Part shown: positions 1 to 12,742 of the stretch, piece by piece
How positions within the stretch are numbered: position 1 is the stretch's first letter
Layout: the number at the start of each line of letters is the position of its first letter
DNA from: Schizosaccharomyces osmophilus
Lineage: Eukaryota
NCBI RefSeq assembly: GCF_027921745.1
Contig: NC_079240.1
Span: 992,001-1,056,000, forward strand
Direction of reading: 5' to 3'
DNA length: 64,000 nucleotides
The notes under the pieces: model-generated
What the model saw: only the letters and a program-made list of their open reading frames with translations
Told to the model about the DNA's origin: nothing
Databases searched by the model: none
Program-made: the position numbers and the translations under genes

Positions 1-3000
1 TATTAGAATCACTGTTTTTAGGTACAACTGTTCTACCAATTTTACTGAAAGACAGTAATACTTCTTTATATTTCTGGCAATCACTCTACTCTTGTCCCCT
101 CAATGCCTTTGGAAAAGCGCTACCTGAGTTATGTAAATACTATGAATTGTGTGATGTATCTAAATTCCCTGATTATTTAAAGACTTATTATTCGAATTTA
201 ATGGGGTCATCTTTCCTTTCCCTAACCGATGAGAAAAATGAGTCGTTAACGATTGATTATAATAATGTTGATTATAAGAATATAACATATATTAATATGA
301 GAAAAGATGTCTTTAAGCATATTCTGAAAGAGGTCGGGCTGCTTTTGTTTTCATATAACTTTTTTTATGGATCCTTCATTGAGAGTTGTATTAGGCTTTT
401 TTTACACGAGGACATTGATCATGAGTATGAGAGTTGCTTGCCTTTCGGTAATAGTTCAATTCTATATGAGGCCAATAGTACATTCGATATTGAAACCCCT
501 TCAAACGACGCCAGCCTATCTAACTCCAAAGATGATCAGCTCTATATATGGGTAAACACTGCTGTTTCTGAATTACTGGCTCAATTAGATAAGACAAATG
601 AGGTCCGGGCTCTATTTTTGTTAAATACAAAAGTAAAGGGAGTATCTCTTCATTTTTTCCATCATATTGTACATATGGTACTGCTTGATCATGAGTTTCA
701 TGGTCGAAATAAAGCGGCCTTTGAATATATCACTTCTTTGATTTCCGAAGGTATAGAGCAATCAAGGGAGAAGCCGGTACGGGAATTATGTATGAAAGTG
801 ATACTATATCTTCGGAAACAACCAAAAGTTCACGAAGATACTCCCTTTGCAAGAAACTTCTGGCTTAAGATTGATTATGCTGTTGCATCTGAGGCAGCAT
901 ATCAGAGCGGTCTCTGCGAGCAGAGCCTGCTATTTTTAAATTTACATGAAACGGAAACCTCAGAATACAATGAGACTCATCTCTCCAATGTTTTAACAGG
1001 ATTGGATTGGTTAGACGTCTATTACGGAATACATCGAGAGACCAACTTTCGTAACATTTTGACGAAAGCTGTTCATGAAAAAAAGAATTTTTTAGCTATA
1101 TCTTACCTCGATGCGATGAATTTTATTGGTTCACCATCAATTCCTGATAGGAAAATGACCATGTCTAACATTTTAATGAACGGTGGATTCTACAGTTTGA
1201 ATGAAAGCTATGTCGATTGCTTAAAGAGCCAAAACTCTATTGACGAATGTAATAATGAAATTTACGCTTCTGCTTGGAGGATGCAGAAATGGGATCTACC
1301 TCCTGTAGGTGATGAAACGGAGTTTGATGGAAGAGTCTACGGATTGTTGCAAATTGCATATGATTCAGATTCAAAAGAGGTTGAGCAGCGTGCTAATGAG
1401 TTCATATGTCGTTTCATGGATGTTAAACATCAGTCCCGTGAAAAAGAAACTTTGTTGTTTCACTCTCTGATCTCTAGGTTTACCTCTTTTTTATTTAGAG
1501 AAGGGTGGAACATGAACGAGGATCTTTATGATAGGTTAATTAACGAAAAGATGCTGGTACTGGAGCGCTATGACTATATCGAACCTTTACTAAGTTTTCA
1601 AAATGTCGCTTTCGCTTTATTAGAAAACCGTACAGAGCACCTAAGTGAGCCTAATCTGAACGAAATCCGAAAAAAACACATTTTTTCACTGTTAAGAAAT
1701 GGAGAAGTATATCTTCTCACGGGGAAGTTACAGTTGGCTTTATCAACAGCAATGTCTAGTGATTCATTGTATAGCGTACATCTCATGGAGGATAAGGATA
1801 TACGCCAAAAGGTTGATTTCTTGACATCAAGAATTTTATGGGAGAAAACTGAAACTTCGGATGCCATCTGCTTGCTAAGACAGTCCTTAGATAGCACAGA
1901 TTGTTCTGCTCCAGTTTCATCATTATGCTATGCTTATTTGGGAAAATGGCTTTTTGCAACCAAATCGGAAAAGACGGAATTTATTTTAAAAAACTGTTTT
2001 GAAAAGGCCCTTGTATATATGTCGGATTTGGATGACGCTACTTACTCAAAAATTCATTATATGTTTGCTTCATTTTGTGACGCTAATTATTCTAGTTCTG
2101 AACTTCATGAGGATTTTAGGAGAGCGGAGAGGCTTTATCTTGAGAAGAAGGATGATATTCTCCAGTTGGAGGACTCCCTGAAATTATGTAAACAAGAAAA
2201 AGAAAAGAGAATTCTGAAACACCACTACTCAAGAGAGATGGCAGCACTCCTTTCAGACCAGCGAGAATATCAGGCGCTTTGTACTTCGAAAGATATGATG
2301 CTGAAAAATGGTGTCATTCATTACTTAAAGAGCTTGTTAAAGAGTGATGAAAATGATGTTGCAATATCTAGATTCTGTATAATGTGGCTCTCCAATTCCA
2401 GTTCAGAAACATTGAATGCTGAGATTGAGAACTATATTTTAGAAACACCTCGTAAAAAATTTATCCCAGTATATTATCAGCTGGCTGCAAGGCTTCTCAA
2501 TGATGGCAGCAAATTTCAAAAACTACTAGGAAGAATATGTTTGGATGTTGCCCAAATGCATCCGTATCATTCGCTTCATGTGCTTTATTCTTTAATTTCC
2601 AGTCCATCCGAAGTGGAAGTTAAAAATGTTGAGTCACGCTTTGCTGCGGTTCAAAACTTTATGAGAACGTTACAAAGTTCAGGGGAATCTAAATCATTGA
2701 TCCGTAAGCTTTTGAGGGTTTTTAATAATTATGTTACCCTTGCTGAATGGAACCCTCGAAGTAAAGTCGTTAGTACATTATTCAGCCGTTCTCCTTGTGC
2801 TACGTGGTTTTTGAACGATTTTCCGCAACTAGATTTAGCACCCATAACTTCGCATTTGAAAATCAATGATATTGCGGACTATTCTGGTGTACCTACAGTC
2901 ATCTCTTTTTCTAATACTATCGGATTTGCTTCTGGTATCAATGTTCCTAAGATTGTTAAGTGTACCAGCTCTGATGGAAAAATACATAAACAATTAGTGA

Positions 3001-4061
3001 AGGGTGGAAATGATGATTTACGACAGGATGCAGTAATGGAACAAGTATTCGAGCAAGTAAATGGGTTTTTGAAGAACTACAGATCAACAATGCAAAGAAA
3101 ATTAACTATGAGAACATACAAAGTGATTCCGTTAGCGCTTAAAACAGGTGTTATTGAGTGGGTATTGAATACGGTTCCAATGGCAGAATATTTAGATCCT
3201 GCTCACAAACTTTATTATCCTAAAGATTGGTCGTTGAATGTCTGTCGAAAACTGATAGCGGAAAAGCAGATGGAAGATACAGATACCCGTTTGAAGGTAT
3301 TTGACCTAGTCTGTAGGCATTATCATCCGGTATTCCGACATTTTTTATTTGAAAAATATCCGGAGCCAATGGTTTGGTTTAAAAATCAGACAAACTACTC
3401 AAGAAGCACTGCAGTTGCGTCCGTTTTGGGATATGTTTTGGGACTTGGAGATCGACATGCGAATAACATATTGATAGATGTAACTTCCGGTCAGGTTGTA
3501 CACATCGATCTTGGCATCACGTTTGAGCAAGTACGTGCTACAGGGGAATTTAGTTGTAAGAAAAGATTCAACGCTAACCATTTGTAGGGAAAAAAGCTAC
3601 CCGTGCCGGAGTGTGTCCCATTCCGATTGACTCGAGACGTTGTAGATGGTATGGGCATAACAGGCGTAGAAGGTGTATTTCGCCGTTCCATGGAGTTTAC
3701 ACTTGAAACTCTCAGACATGAAGTGGAATCATTAGTTTCCATTTTAGAGGTACTGCGATACGATCCCTTGTTTTCATGGTTGATGTCTCCTATACGAAGG
3801 ATGCGGAAGCAAAAATTGCAAACAGAAAGTTCAGAGAATGAAGAGGATATAGAAGAAGGTTCTTCTTCTATTTACAAGGATCCCAAAGGAAAACGTATTA
3901 CGCAATCTGTAGAAAGCGAAGCTGAAAGAGCACTGTTAGTGGTGAAGAAAAAACTATCCAACACTTTGTCAACTGAAGCTTCTGTCGGTGAATTGATACG
4001 TATTGCTCGGGATCCAGGTCAGCTATCTCTCATGTTTTGCGGATGGTCTGCGTTTCAATGA
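1..4061 (+). CDS. tel1: ATM/Tel1 checkpoint kinase, 3' part (FAT, PI3K-like kinase, FATC); 5' end outside window; intron 3531-3587
   Basis: Frame is open from position 3. Kinase motifs KGGNDDLRQD and LGLGDRHANNILID; FATC end LSLMFCGWSAFQ. Intron GTACGT..CTAAC..TAG joins HIDLGITFEQ to GKKLPVPECVPFRLTRD. Confidence 0.96.
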
Positions 4062-4379
4062 TGGAAAGTTCAAGGCTGATGAATTGGACTGGAGGAGTAC
4101 TTTATGACTTTTACGATGCGTGTACAATTATGTAGTAACAAAATAACGTTGATGACTTGCTAATGAATTAATGAAAATCAAATTCGCGTTTGATAATTTT
4201 CAATGGATTTTTCAAATGTCGAGCTATTGGACGCAAAAAGAAGTATTTTCTGTTTGCTTATAGAAAATTATTTTACTTCTATTTATAATTTGTTGGTAAT
4301 GAATTTTTATCATATTCCTCAGCCAGAGGTTTGCTGCAGCGGACGTACCTGTCTTTCGCCAACATCGAGAATTGACAAA

Positions 4380-4791
4380 ATGGCGAAGAAGCAATCCGTA
4401 AGAAGTAGAAACTTTAGAAGATCCGACCCTGCGGAAGACGACAGGATTGGAAAAGTATCTAATGCGGAAGAAAAGCCTCAAAGTGTGAAAGAAAAAGTTG
4501 CCAAAGAAATTGCAACCATTGCCCTACGTTCTGGAAATTCGGGAGAAAATGGAATTAATAAGAAGAAAAGGCAAACAAAGGATGTAAATAGAAATAGAAA
4601 AGAAAAGCTGGAAGCAGCTATGAAAGCACAAGCTCGAGAAGAGCGTCTGGAAACCAAAGTTTCAAAAGCACAAAAGAAGCACGAGAAACTCAAGGAAAGA
4701 AGGGTATGTATAGCTAGAGAGGGATTGAATAAAAAACTAGAATGAAGAATTGAGACTAACATGAACTTAGAAGGGAGACGACGAGGAGTAA
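4380..4791 (+). CDS. Small basic Ecm1/Alb1-like pre-60S ribosome biogenesis factor (~114 aa); exons 4380-4703, 4771-4791
   Basis: MAKKQSVRSRNFRR start in AAAATG context; K/R-rich helical protein; intron GTATGT..CTAAC..TAG 4704-4770; position next to tel1 as recalled for S. pombe SPCC23B6.02c. Confidence 0.7.
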
Positions 4792-5367
4792 TAGATTCGA
4801 ATAGGATGTGTACTATGGGTAACGGATTACTTTGGATTTCTGGTTATTTTCTTTTTTTTCCTTTTAATAATTTTGGCTTCATGAGCAAGCTGGCCGCTTC
4901 TATGTTGGCAAAAAGCAGACAGTTTCACTATTGTGGCATGGCATAAATGACTGCAAATTTATGCTGAACATCACAATTGCAGCGTTTAAATATAAAATCA
5001 AAAATCTATGAAATATGTGATACATTGCGGTCTGTATTCGTGTAAAATGGTTTCTTGGATAGCTACCTGAAAGGTTAATGCATACCTTTTCGCTTTGTTT
5101 GTCTTACGAGTCAGCTGCAAAACCCGAAATGGATGTACTTTTTTTTCTTGGCATGTTTTTATCATATTTTTGTTTTCTGTTTATGAGCAGTAATGAAATA
5201 TGTTGGCGAGTATGACAAAAAGTCATAGACGATTTAGCAGAAAAAACAAATTAAATCAAAACCAGTAGAAAGAAAGATATTTTTTTAGATATGTAGTATT
5301 TATTTTTTGCCATTTCAATTCGATTTTTTAGCCCTTTGTGTTTACATTGAATTTTTTCTTTCGAGTT

Positions 5368-5375
5368 TGACGTCA
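5368..5375. promoter_or_regulatory. CRE palindrome (Atf1/Pcr1-type site) upstream of the OSBP gene
   Basis: TGACGTCA about 140 nt upstream of ATG 5513. Confidence 0.45.
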
Positions 5376-5512
5376 AGATGCAATACATATATACCATGAC
5401 AGACGTCGCACATTCCCGAGTGGTAGTTACAAATAGCCAACAACAGGAAAAGAAAGTCATACTAGAGATCCCCTAACAATCCATTTTTTATTATTGAAAT
5501 AGGCAATCGACT

Positions 5513-7293
5513 ATGCCTCGTATGTACAGAAGCAGCTCGAATAATTTTGAAAAAGAGCCGTGGTTTTCTAGGTATTTGATGGACTAACAAGCAATTCTAG
5601 ATGACAAACAAGACAGAGACACGGAGGAAATCGAAGATGAGAGCAAGGTTTGTACTACTGAACATTAGAAGCAAGCAAATTTATGTGGTCGTTAGGAACG
5701 CTTGCAGGAATGGACGATCTATATAGTTTCTTGCTTGCTTCTTACTTTGTATAGTAGACTGATTGTTAACACAAAATTTTAGAATATCATTCTTGGAATT
5801 GTGTCTCAATTGAGGTAAGCTAACAACTTTGCTCGCTGAATAGGTATAGCTGACTTTTTCAATTTAGACCGAACATGGACTTATCAAAGGTAACGCTCCC
5901 TACGTTTGTTTTGGAGCCAAAATCGATGTTGGAACGTATTACCAAGTATGTGGCTATCCTATATGAAAGGTGTTTTGGTAAACACATTTTGTATGAATAA
6001 ACGTGGAATCGATGAACTAACAAAAGGACTAGCTTTATGAGTCATCCAGATTTCCTGCTTCCAGTTCCTCATGTACCTTCCGCTGAAGAAAGATTTCTAG
6101 ACGTGTGTCGATTCTACCTTTCAGGATGGCATATTCGCCCTCCAGGTGTGAAAAAGCCATTGAACCCAGTTTTGGGAGAGACATTTACAGGGTTTTGGAA
6201 GTTTCCTCCTTCTGGTCCCTCAAGTCCTGGGTTGGAAAACCTGAATGGTGCCGCGGTATATATTTCTGAGCAGGTGTGCCACCATCCTCCCATCAGTGCC
6301 TATTTTTATTATTGTCCCCAATATAAAATTCGCGTTGACGGTGTGCTAAAACCTAGATCACGATTCTTAGGCAACTCTGCAGCGAGTATTATGGAGGGAG
6401 TTGCCAGTATGAAGTTTATTGAACGGAACGAGGAGTATATCCTAACCCAGCCTAATATGTATGCTCGTGGCATTTTGTTTGGCAAAATGCGTATAGAGTT
6501 AGGAGACCACGTTACCGTGCGTTGTCCAAACACGGATTTGGCAGCTGAAATTGAATTTAAAGTGAAGGGCTTCATTAGTGGAACTTACAATTCCATTGCA
6601 GGAAAAGTAAAGCGTATAAGCACAGGTGAGGTGTTATACAAGCTTTCTGGAAAGTGGGATTCTGAAATTATCTTGGAAAATGCTAGCACAGGAAAGTCAT
6701 CTACATTTTTGGATGTCTCAGAATTGCCCGTGTATCCCGTCACGTCTCGGCCCTTGGAAGAGCAAGAATCTCACGAATCACAAAAATTGTGGTATGACAC
6801 ATGCGAAGGTGTTAAAGCTCGAGACCAATCTGTCGCAACAAAGTCAAAGACTGCGATCGAAGATAATCAACGCGAGAAGGCTAAAGCACGAGAAGCTAAC
6901 AATGAAAAATGGCATCCAAGATATTTCAAACAAACTGGACCCGAAGAATATGAGCTTAACATGGATATTCCATACAACGCACCTGACGCCGAAGTACTCT
7001 GTAGATTAGACAGTTTTATACCAATTTTTAGTGAAAGAGATCGTGCACACTTTCGAAGCCTTGTTGGTGGAGGCTCAGGACCCCGATCCTCAACCCAAAG
7101 ACCGGACCCTCATAAGCAAGTAAGGGATTTCGACAAGGCAGGATTGAATGGAAATTGTCCTCCAAACATGCGTGATAGACCTAACCCAGCTTCTAGTTTC
7201 GTAACATACCGAAGTGATAATGGATCTGTAGACGAATATCATGATGCTCAATTGCCGGATCAAAAAATTCTCTCACAATTAGAGGAAAATTAA
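5513..7293 (+). CDS. Oxysterol-binding protein family lipid transfer protein (~474 aa); exons 5513-5519, 5601-5647, 5783-5814, 5868-5945, 6033-7293
   Basis: OSBP signature EQVCHHPP and KKPLNPVLGE. Four GT-AG introns with branch sites restore the conserved DLSKVTLPTFVLEPKSMLERI in frame. Confidence 0.92.
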
Positions 7294-8169
7294 TTTGGGT
7301 TATATGTATTGGAGAAGGAATGCTAAATGTAAATATTTCGGGTTTGGGTTCTTTTTCTCTAGGGGTCCTATTTGTACTTTCACTTTAAACGACACCATTC
7401 TAGTGAAATGCATGACAAGCAAGTTTGTCCCTTCATCGATAATGGACCAAGGTGTTTGTCGCGTATTCAATAACTAGTTGGTGATGAAACATACAAAGTC
7501 AAGTCTTTGCTATGAAGAAGATCCCTATGAGTTGACTCCAATCTACGGAAATTTTCTGGTCGGGTTACGAAATTTAATGCCACACGAGTTGTATGAACGT
7601 TTTAATATAAATTTTATCTTTTTTTCTATTACATTTATTTATACAATAGGATTGTGTGCTTGTCTCAATTATCGACTATAGATATCGCTACTAGTTTATG
7701 TTTGAATGATAAATATATATCAGTTGAGTTGTATGTATTCAAAAGTTTTGTCTTGGTACTATTTGAGTAGGGTAATTTAATCATTTCTATGTTGCTTTTA
7801 TTGTTTGCATATAAAGGCTGGTGTTTCCATGCTTGAAAATAGTTCAACTTTGACAAGGAGTCAGCAAGCAATGGAATAGAATGGACGGTGTGGATTGGAA
7901 TTTTTTTATAGGAGTTTTTAATTAAAGAAAAAATCACCACTGGGAGTTACCCTTGAAAAAGCTACAACTTTTATTTCTATTTTTTCTTTACTAGCTTCTA
8001 CTTATTTACGAACGTATTGCGGTGCAAGGCGACTTATAAACAGACACGAAATAGCTGAAAGAGAGAATGAATTTTAAAGGCAAAAAGAAAAACACGAACT
8101 ATAAAAATACATAATTTTCGTTTAAACTTGATTATTTAATTTGAAAATGTATGGTAGACGATCTTGCTT

Positions 8170-8194
8170 ATTCTGGATTTTTCGTAGAGGTTCG
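8170..8194. promoter_or_regulatory. Step-type heat-shock element upstream of sti1
   Basis: TTC at 8171, 8181 and 8191 (exact 10-bp spacing), followed by a TATA-like TTATATAG at 8216. Confidence 0.5.
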
Positions 8195-8405
8195 CTGATG
8201 AGAATCGTCATACCCTTATATAGCGCGGTGGGTGAGTACTGGAATTCCAGTTGACCGGAGCGAAGTTGTTCGTAAAGCGAGAAAACAACGAAAAACGAAC
8301 GAAAACACGTCGGAAAACGTGTATTAAGGATAATTTCATCGATTTCTGGTATTATATTTAGGTTACGAAGAAAATTTCATTGAGATAGGATTTGAAACGA
8401 GCAAA

Positions 8406-10160
8406 ATGGCAGAAGATTTGAAAGCAAAGGGTAATACCGCATTCGCCCAAAAGGATTACAAGACTGCGATTGACTACTTCACACAAGCAATCCAATTAGA
8501 CGGTAATAATCATATTCTATACTCGAACCGCTCAGCTTGTTTTGCATCAGAGAAGGACTACAAAAACGCTTTAGAAGATGCCACCAAATGCACGAACATC
8601 AAGCATGACTGGGCGAAAGGATGGTCGCGTAAGGGAGCAGCCTTACATGGTTTAGGAGACCTGACGGCTGCTAAAGCTGCTTTTGAAGAAGGCCTGAAGT
8701 TTGACTCTAAGAATGCCCAACTCTTGAACGGTCTAAAGAGTGTTGAGGCTGCCCAAAGCTCAACTGGCGGGGATGGTGGCTTTAATCCATTCGCCAAAAT
8801 GACTTCCCAATTGAATGACCCCAAGTTTATTCAAAAGTTAGCAAGCAACCCAGAAACAGCATCTTTGTTGGGTGACGCTGGCTTTATGACCAAACTTCAA
8901 AACATCCAGAAGAATCCTGGCTCTATTATGTCTGAATTGGGTGACCCACGTATGATGAAGGTAATTGGTATGCTCATGGGCATCGACGTCAACATGAAGG
9001 GTGAAGAAGATGCCTCTACTAACACCAACGAGCCTGCTTCTTCTTCTGAGGCCTCCAAATCGGAACCTGCTCCTAAGGAAGAAGCCAAACACGAGCCTGC
9101 TGCTCAACCTATGGAGGAAGATAAATCTCCTGAAGAAATCGAAGAACATGCTAGCGAAGCAGCTCTTCGCAAAAAGGCTGACGAGGCCAAGCAAGTCGGT
9201 AATGAAAATTACAAGAAGCGCAACTTCCCTGTTGCTATTGAACACTACAGGAAAGCCTGGGATACTTATAAAGATATCACATATCTAAATAATCTCGCTG
9301 CCGCTTATTACGAAGCTGATGAGTTGGACAACTGCGAATCTACTTGCAAAGAAGCCATTGAACAAGGTCGTGACTTGCGTGCTGATTTCAAATTAATCGC
9401 CAAGGCCCTTGGCCGTTTGGGTACTACTTATCAAAAGCGCGGTGACCTTGCTAACGCTATTGACTATTTCCAACGTTCTCTTACTGAACACCGTAGTCCC
9501 GATATCCTTACAAAGCTGAAGGATGTTGAAAAGCTTAAAGAAAAGATAGACCGTGAAGCTTACATTGACCCTGCCAAGGCTGATGAAGCCCGATCTAAGG
9601 GTAACGATCTTTTCAAGGCCGGTGATTTTGCTGGTGCCGTCAAGGAATATACTGAAATGACTAAACGTGCTCCCACTGATCCTCGTGGTTTCAGCAACCG
9701 TGCTGCAGCTTACCTTAAGGTCATGGCACCTGCCGAGTGCATTCGTGATTGCAATCAGGCTATCCAATTTGATCCCACTTTTGCTAAAGCCTATGTTCGT
9801 AAGGCTCAAGCTTTGTTCATGTTGAAGGATTACGGAAAATGTATCGATGCTTGCAATACCGCTGCTGACGTCGATCGTAAAGAGCCTAATACTGGTAAAA
9901 ACATTCGCGAAATCGATTCGCAATTGCAAAAGTGCATGAATGCAATGGCCTCTCAAAGACAAAATGAAACCGAAGAAGAGACAATGGCCCGTATCCAAAA
10001 CGATCCTGACGTTTTGGCTATTCTCCAAGATCCTGCCATGCAAGCTATCCTTGGCCAGGCTCGTGAGAACCCTGCCGCTTTAATGGAACACATGAAGAGC
10101 CCTGCCGTTAAAAGCAAGATCGACAAACTTATTGCCAGTGGTGTTATTCGCCTTGGATAA
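8406..10160 (+). CDS. sti1: Hsp70/Hsp90 co-chaperone Sti1/Hop (584 aa)
   Basis: TPR1-DP1-TPR2A-TPR2B-DP2 architecture; C-terminus KLIASGVIRLG. Confidence 0.97.
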   Translation: MAEDLKAKGNTAFAQKDYKTAIDYFTQAIQLDGNNHILYSNRSACFASEKDYKNALEDATKCTNIKHDWAKGWSRKGAALHGLGDLTAAKAAFEEGLKFDSKNAQLLNGLKSVEAAQSSTGGDGGFNPFAKMTSQLNDPKFIQKLASNPETASLLGDAGFMTKLQNIQKNPGSIMSELGDPRMMKVIGMLMGIDVNMKGEEDASTNTNEPASSSEASKSEPAPKEEAKHEPAAQPMEEDKSPEEIEEHASEAALRKKADEAKQVGNENYKKRNFPVAIEHYRKAWDTYKDITYLNNLAAAYYEADELDNCESTCKEAIEQGRDLRADFKLIAKALGRLGTTYQKRGDLANAIDYFQRSLTEHRSPDILTKLKDVEKLKEKIDREAYIDPAKADEARSKGNDLFKAGDFAGAVKEYTEMTKRAPTDPRGFSNRAAAYLKVMAPAECIRDCNQAIQFDPTFAKAYVRKAQALFMLKDYGKCIDACNTAADVDRKEPNTGKNIREIDSQLQKCMNAMASQRQNETEEETMARIQNDPDVLAILQDPAMQAILGQARENPAALMEHMKSPAVKSKIDKLIASGVIRLG

Positions 10161-10570
10161 GTAAAAGTTACTTGAATTATGACAAAGCGAAAACCATAGA
10201 AAAATATAATGTTTTTTTTTAAGTTCAGAGTTGATCATGTTTGCTTAATTTACCTTCAATAAATAAAATTTAGGTCATGTTTTTCCCCAAATTGATTTTT
10301 ATGTCTTACAGTATTTTAGAATATCATTGTCATACATTGGAATTGCTAAAACACAAACAATGATATACCATATAAAAGATATAAATATAATTACAATTAA
10401 AGATACATACAAAAACTTCTAATCCTTTGTTGCTGATTTCAAAATGCTTAACTAACATAATCAACAATCTTCCATGAGTTTTGATGAATAGCTCACCACA
10501 AAAAATACTGCCCAACAATACTTGGAAGGTGTATACCATACAGTTCCGAGTAAACACGACCCTATATTGG

Positions 10571-12742
10571 CTACCTTGAGAATTTGCTTTGTTCATCAAG
10601 GATTGCTTTTTGCATAAACTTTGGATCAATGGCGAGATTAGGGTTTGCCTTAATAAGAGGATTGCTCTCTACAACATGCCTTACTAAAAAAATGTCTTCT
10701 TGACTTAGCACATTAAGTAATCTTTTTAAAGAATTATCCAAAGTATCTTCATTTTCAGTAGCGCTGGGCTTTGAAGTAGGGAGAGAAGATAACATCGTAG
10801 AAGCGGAACCCAAAGAGGGCGTATTTTCAATGCCTTCGCCTCTCGCATTAGTCTTGTTTAAAACAAAAACTCCTAGCAAAGACAAAGATTCTCTGTTCTT
10901 CGGTAACTTGGAATCGTGCAGCAAGTTCACTACTTCAGGAACATCTTCACCTGAAGGAATAGGAATTATGTACGCGTCCTTAACAGAGGCAGATTTGGAG
11001 CGTAGGACACCATATCGATTCCGTTCTAAAAAATAAGAGTATAAAACATTAAACCCATCGATTTCATTGCTGTTAGTTGGAAGAAACAAAATAGAGACAA
11101 TGCTCTTGGACTGAGACTTTTGCAATGCCTGTAAATATTGAAGAGTTGAAGAGATACTTATTCTACCTTCAATTAAAGCAGTTGAAGACAAAATCTCAAA
11201 CAAAAATTTGAAGTCGATATGACCACTCGATAATATAGCTTCTGCGGAAAATTCAGAGACGGACGCCATCTTCACCTTTCCCTTCCATAGAGCATTCTTT
11301 TTGGTCGAAACATTCTCTACTTCTGGGACCTCTTCTTCCTCTTCTTTAGGTGAATACGGAGAAGACAGATGCTCATTATTAGTGAGTGATTCCTTCTCGA
11401 CTATATCTAGTACAGAAGGATCGTCAATCTCAACGATCGAAGGTAAATTTACATTTTTTTTTATTTCACTAGTATCTTCTTTTTTAATATAATCATTAGA
11501 AGGTTCGTCAGAGTTGGAAGCAGACTTGCTTTCAGAAAAAGCAGGTGATTCAATCTTCTCTGGGGCAGTACCTTCTTCAGGTGGAGGAGGAGGAATAGTT
11601 ACTTTGCTCGGCAATAGTATGGTTGAGTTGTTTGTATCGATATCGACAATTTGTTCGTCTTGCACAACCATTTCACCATTTTGCATAGTACGAATGCGAT
11701 AGCCGAGAGTATGTTGCTTCAAAACAGTATTCTCAGTGCTTTGCTGACGAATAGTTTCAGCCAAAGACTTCAAGTCTGGATTTGCCATTTCTTCGCTGGT
11801 CATGTGAACCAGTTTGGAGAACGGAATTTCTTGCTTTAAAACACGAGCACGGAAAGCAGGGTTTTTGTCATCAACCAAATTAAAGCGAAGGGCCCGAAAC
11901 TTTTCTCTATATTTATTATTTGGATTTGCACTTTGGTTTTCATTATACGATAGCTCTAAAAACATGGTATTTTCCAATTTTAGAGCCGAGACTGTGGGAT
12001 TTATTCCCTGTAAACCAGTGACACCTTCTTCGCCAGCCTTTTTTATAATAGTTTCGATAACTGAGACCCAGGCTTTAGCGACACTCCTTCTAACTGGATT
12101 TTTTAGTTCCTCGACCGATGAACTTATATTTAAATCCTCCTGGGAAGCTGCTTCGGTTTGAGGTTTTTGTTCTGTACCTTTGACACGTTTGGAAGCATAG
12201 GAAGGGGGTTCAAAAGAAGTCACTTTGCGCTTACCAGCAATAAAACTGGTAGAATCCGAAATGCCAGCAGGAGAAGGAGCGGCATCAGACGAAGATTGGG
12301 ATGATATTGATGATGGCGACTCCTCTCTTTCTTCAGGAACAAACGTTGACTCTTTATCTTTAACGGTGAAAGTTTCAGATGGTTCATCCACTTTTCCCTG
12401 TTCTATGTATGAATCATGTGGAGGTTGAGCAATAAAATATTGCGGAGACTTTGAGTTTTGGAATGAAGGTTCTTCCTGCTCATTTTCATGGTCACTTTCA
12501 GCTGGCCGTCGACATGTTTCACAAAAAAAGCTTTCAGGAATTGTCTCTTCCGAAAGTCCAACACAACCGGCATGTTGCCAGCAATCACAACCGTCGCATT
12601 GAACCCAAACATCGCCGTTATCTGCCTGAAAACCGCAAATGCAACGAACTGCCGGTTCGTTTTCAGTGTCAATTGCAAGATCTCCTTCAGCAGCTTTTGT
12701 AGTGACCCTTCTTTTTCTCGTAGATTTTCTAGTTAAGCTCAT
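10571..12742 (-). CDS. bye1: Transcription elongation regulator Bye1 (PHD, TFIIS-central, SPOC; 723 aa)
   Basis: PHD finger RCICG..CDGCDCWQHAGC; TFIIS-M KYREKFRALRFNL..MTSEEMAN; SPOC WKGKVKM..KDAYIIP. Confidence 0.92.
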   Translation of the reverse strand: MSLTRKSTRKRRVTTKAAEGDLAIDTENEPAVRCICGFQADNGDVWVQCDGCDCWQHAGCVGLSEETIPESFFCETCRRPAESDHENEQEEPSFQNSKSPQYFIAQPPHDSYIEQGKVDEPSETFTVKDKESTFVPEEREESPSSISSQSSSDAAPSPAGISDSTSFIAGKRKVTSFEPPSYASKRVKGTEQKPQTEAASQEDLNISSSVEELKNPVRRSVAKAWVSVIETIIKKAGEEGVTGLQGINPTVSALKLENTMFLELSYNENQSANPNNKYREKFRALRFNLVDDKNPAFRARVLKQEIPFSKLVHMTSEEMANPDLKSLAETIRQQSTENTVLKQHTLGYRIRTMQNGEMVVQDEQIVDIDTNNSTILLPSKVTIPPPPPEEGTAPEKIESPAFSESKSASNSDEPSNDYIKKEDTSEIKKNVNLPSIVEIDDPSVLDIVEKESLTNNEHLSSPYSPKEEEEEVPEVENVSTKKNALWKGKVKMASVSEFSAEAILSSGHIDFKFLFEILSSTALIEGRISISSTLQYLQALQKSQSKSIVSILFLPTNSNEIDGFNVLYSYFLERNRYGVLRSKSASVKDAYIIPIPSGEDVPEVVNLLHDSKLPKNRESLSLLGVFVLNKTNARGEGIENTPSLGSASTMLSSLPTSKPSATENEDTLDNSLKRLLNVLSQEDIFLVRHVVESNPLIKANPNLAIDPKFMQKAILDEQSKFSR

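Noticed and set aside
4203..4379. In-frame upstream ATGs for the Ecm1/Alb1-like gene
   Set aside because: They fall in the tel1 terminator/promoter zone and encode non-protein-like sequence; ATG 4380 has better context.
9393..10043. 216-aa antisense ORF inside sti1 (likewise 47775-48350 in rei1 and 52337-52864 in vgl1)
   Set aside because: Shadows of codon bias in the sense genes; no recognisable motifs.
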